DNA from: Craspedostauros australis
Taxonomy: Eukaryota
DNA length: 33,632 nucleotides
Direction of reading: 5' to 3'
NCBI GenBank assembly: GCA_030167865.1
Contig: JALAGF010000339.1
Span: 1-33,632, forward strand
A program made the position numbers and the translations under genes. Positions 32,010-33,632 of this stretch are shown piece by piece; within the stretch, counting starts at the first letter, position 1, and the number at the start of each line of letters is the position of its first letter. The notes beneath the pieces are model-generated. The model made no database searches. It worked only from the letters and a program-made list of their open reading frames with translations, and was not told the origin of the DNA.

Positions 32010-33632
32010 GATGGTGCGACACTATCGTTGTATGTTATCGTGCGATATGGTGTGGTATGATGTGCCAAGATGTGCAGTTAGATGCAGCGTAGGTGCAGTG
32101 CCGTTCTTGCTGTTGCTTGTGTTCACAGAGCGTCGCGATTGTCGCTGTCTCTTGTGTTGTTGGTGTTGTTGACAACTTGCTCGTCGAGATTTTGTGACGA
32201 GAACATCCAAACTTGCGCCTCCCACATACCTGCGAGGACCGCCGCTCTTGGTGCCAATGCTCGTACGCTCTCCGTACTATAGCTCCCATTTCCACAATCC
32301 CGCGGAGGCGGCTTAGTCTCTCCACTCTCTTGGGAGGAATCTGTATATTACGTGAAATCTATCCCGTTGCTGGCGTGTGCGTACACAGATACAGTCCTGT
32401 TCTTCAACACGCGCGGTACCGGCACGAACACAACAACGAACAACCAGGCAACCAATACTGCCACGAAGGTCGCAAGACTCCGTTCTCCTTTGCTATTTGA
32501 AGAGGTGTGTGAGCACAGAGCAACCACGAACGACGACGAAGACATGAAGAACAAGGAAGGGACAAAGATCACGAACTTGCATCTCTTCGTGGAGGCAGTT
32601 CCAGTCGCACTGTCCGCAGGGGGCGCACGTATAGTTCATCTGGAGGAGCTATTTTGTCTGACCTTTGCTTGCGCAATTCGCACTACAATGTCAAAGCTAC
32701 AGGTGCACCGGCACTTTAGCAACGACTTGGGCTCGCTTGATCCCACATCTTTGCGAGGTCATGCACCTGGGACATCAAAATCTCCGTTTCTGCACAAAAT
32801 GTGAAGCTCTTCAGCTCGCTCGCCGATTTGGCTTCTGTTTTGTGGAGGAACTCGATTCCGAGGTCACGCTGTCGACGCCTCGAAAACCTGTCATGACGTT
32901 TTGTGCTTATTTTCTTGTTGATTGATGATAGTTGAAGAGATACAAAGAGCGGCCACCGTGACCAAGAGAATTTTTAATCCACACAACGGACATGTTATCT
33001 CGGGTATGTACGACTACTTGTTCATAGTGCCTCGTGCCAGTGCCGGTGTGCAGAGTGCCGCGCTCTGGACAACTCGAACTCGCAGAGCAACTCTCCCGCA
33101 TTCTGGGGCGTGGTGTTGTTGGTCCTCCGACCTGGCGGCAACGGGCTGCGGATTGCATCCACTGCCAGAAGCTGCTCTTTGGCGCCAAAGGCAGCGCCAA
33201 GGAAGCTCTCTGAAAACGCGAAGATGTTGTCGGGAGCGTGTGGGTGTTGGCGCGAAACTGGACACCATCAACAGCAACAGCACCACAGACGAGCTCAAAG
33301 TGTCAAAACGCTTCTGCCCTTGCAGGTACCGCACAGCTTGCGAATCGAAAGCAGACAGGGGGGTAAAGGCGACAAGATGCCCACCGTTGCCGTCTTCAAG
33401 TCGAGTAGGCTACCTTCCTGATGCGCGGAATTGAACATCGGAATAGGCGTGAGTGGGGTGGATTTGTCACTCGCAAACCGTCTTTGGCGAGCGTGATCCA
33501 GAGAGGCCTTCCTATCAGGTAGCGCAATGGATCGACCATGGCTTATCCTATCCATGAGGAAATTCGTCCACGATAAAAGTCCAAAATTGTCTCAGGAGAC
33601 CAAGCGGATTCGAGGGGTGCCAAAATTGGTCT

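Noticed and set aside
1-33632. tRNA, rRNA or spliceosomal snRNA genes
   Set aside because: GTTCGA-like hits (e.g. ~9145, ~12791) lack cloverleaf context and no rRNA/snRNA signature was recognised by eye; tRNAscan-SE/Infernal would be decisive.

Overview
Eukaryotic, intron-containing genomic DNA, inferred to be from a diatom (probably pennate). The inference rests on GT-AG introns, bipartite signal-peptide + Phe plastid presequences, and diatom-typical gene families. About ten protein-coding genes are supportable, and I rebuilt the spliced models by hand with each total length divisible by 3. In order they are: a TPR + prefoldin-beta fusion, a plastid PAP/fibrillin protein, an unknown plastid-targeted helical protein, a tandem HA-domain protein, a small two-TM protein, an HtrL/YibB-like type II membrane protein, a membrane-anchored cyclophilin, an RNI-like LRR protein, and two tandem ~1330-aa receptor-type enzymes. 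These last two are the most notable system: each has TM - CHASE-like sensor - TM - class III (guanylate-type) cyclase - class I phosphodiesterase in one chain. Both copies share non-canonical specificity residues (Glu/Gln in the cyclase; Glu in place of the invariant PDE Gln), have diverged sensor domains, and differ by one intron. The ~5 kb from 5.7 to 10.7 kb has no intact gene and may contain decayed coding or transposon sequence. No rRNA, tRNA or CRISPR array was recognised. All family assignments are by eye from motifs; no searches were run.
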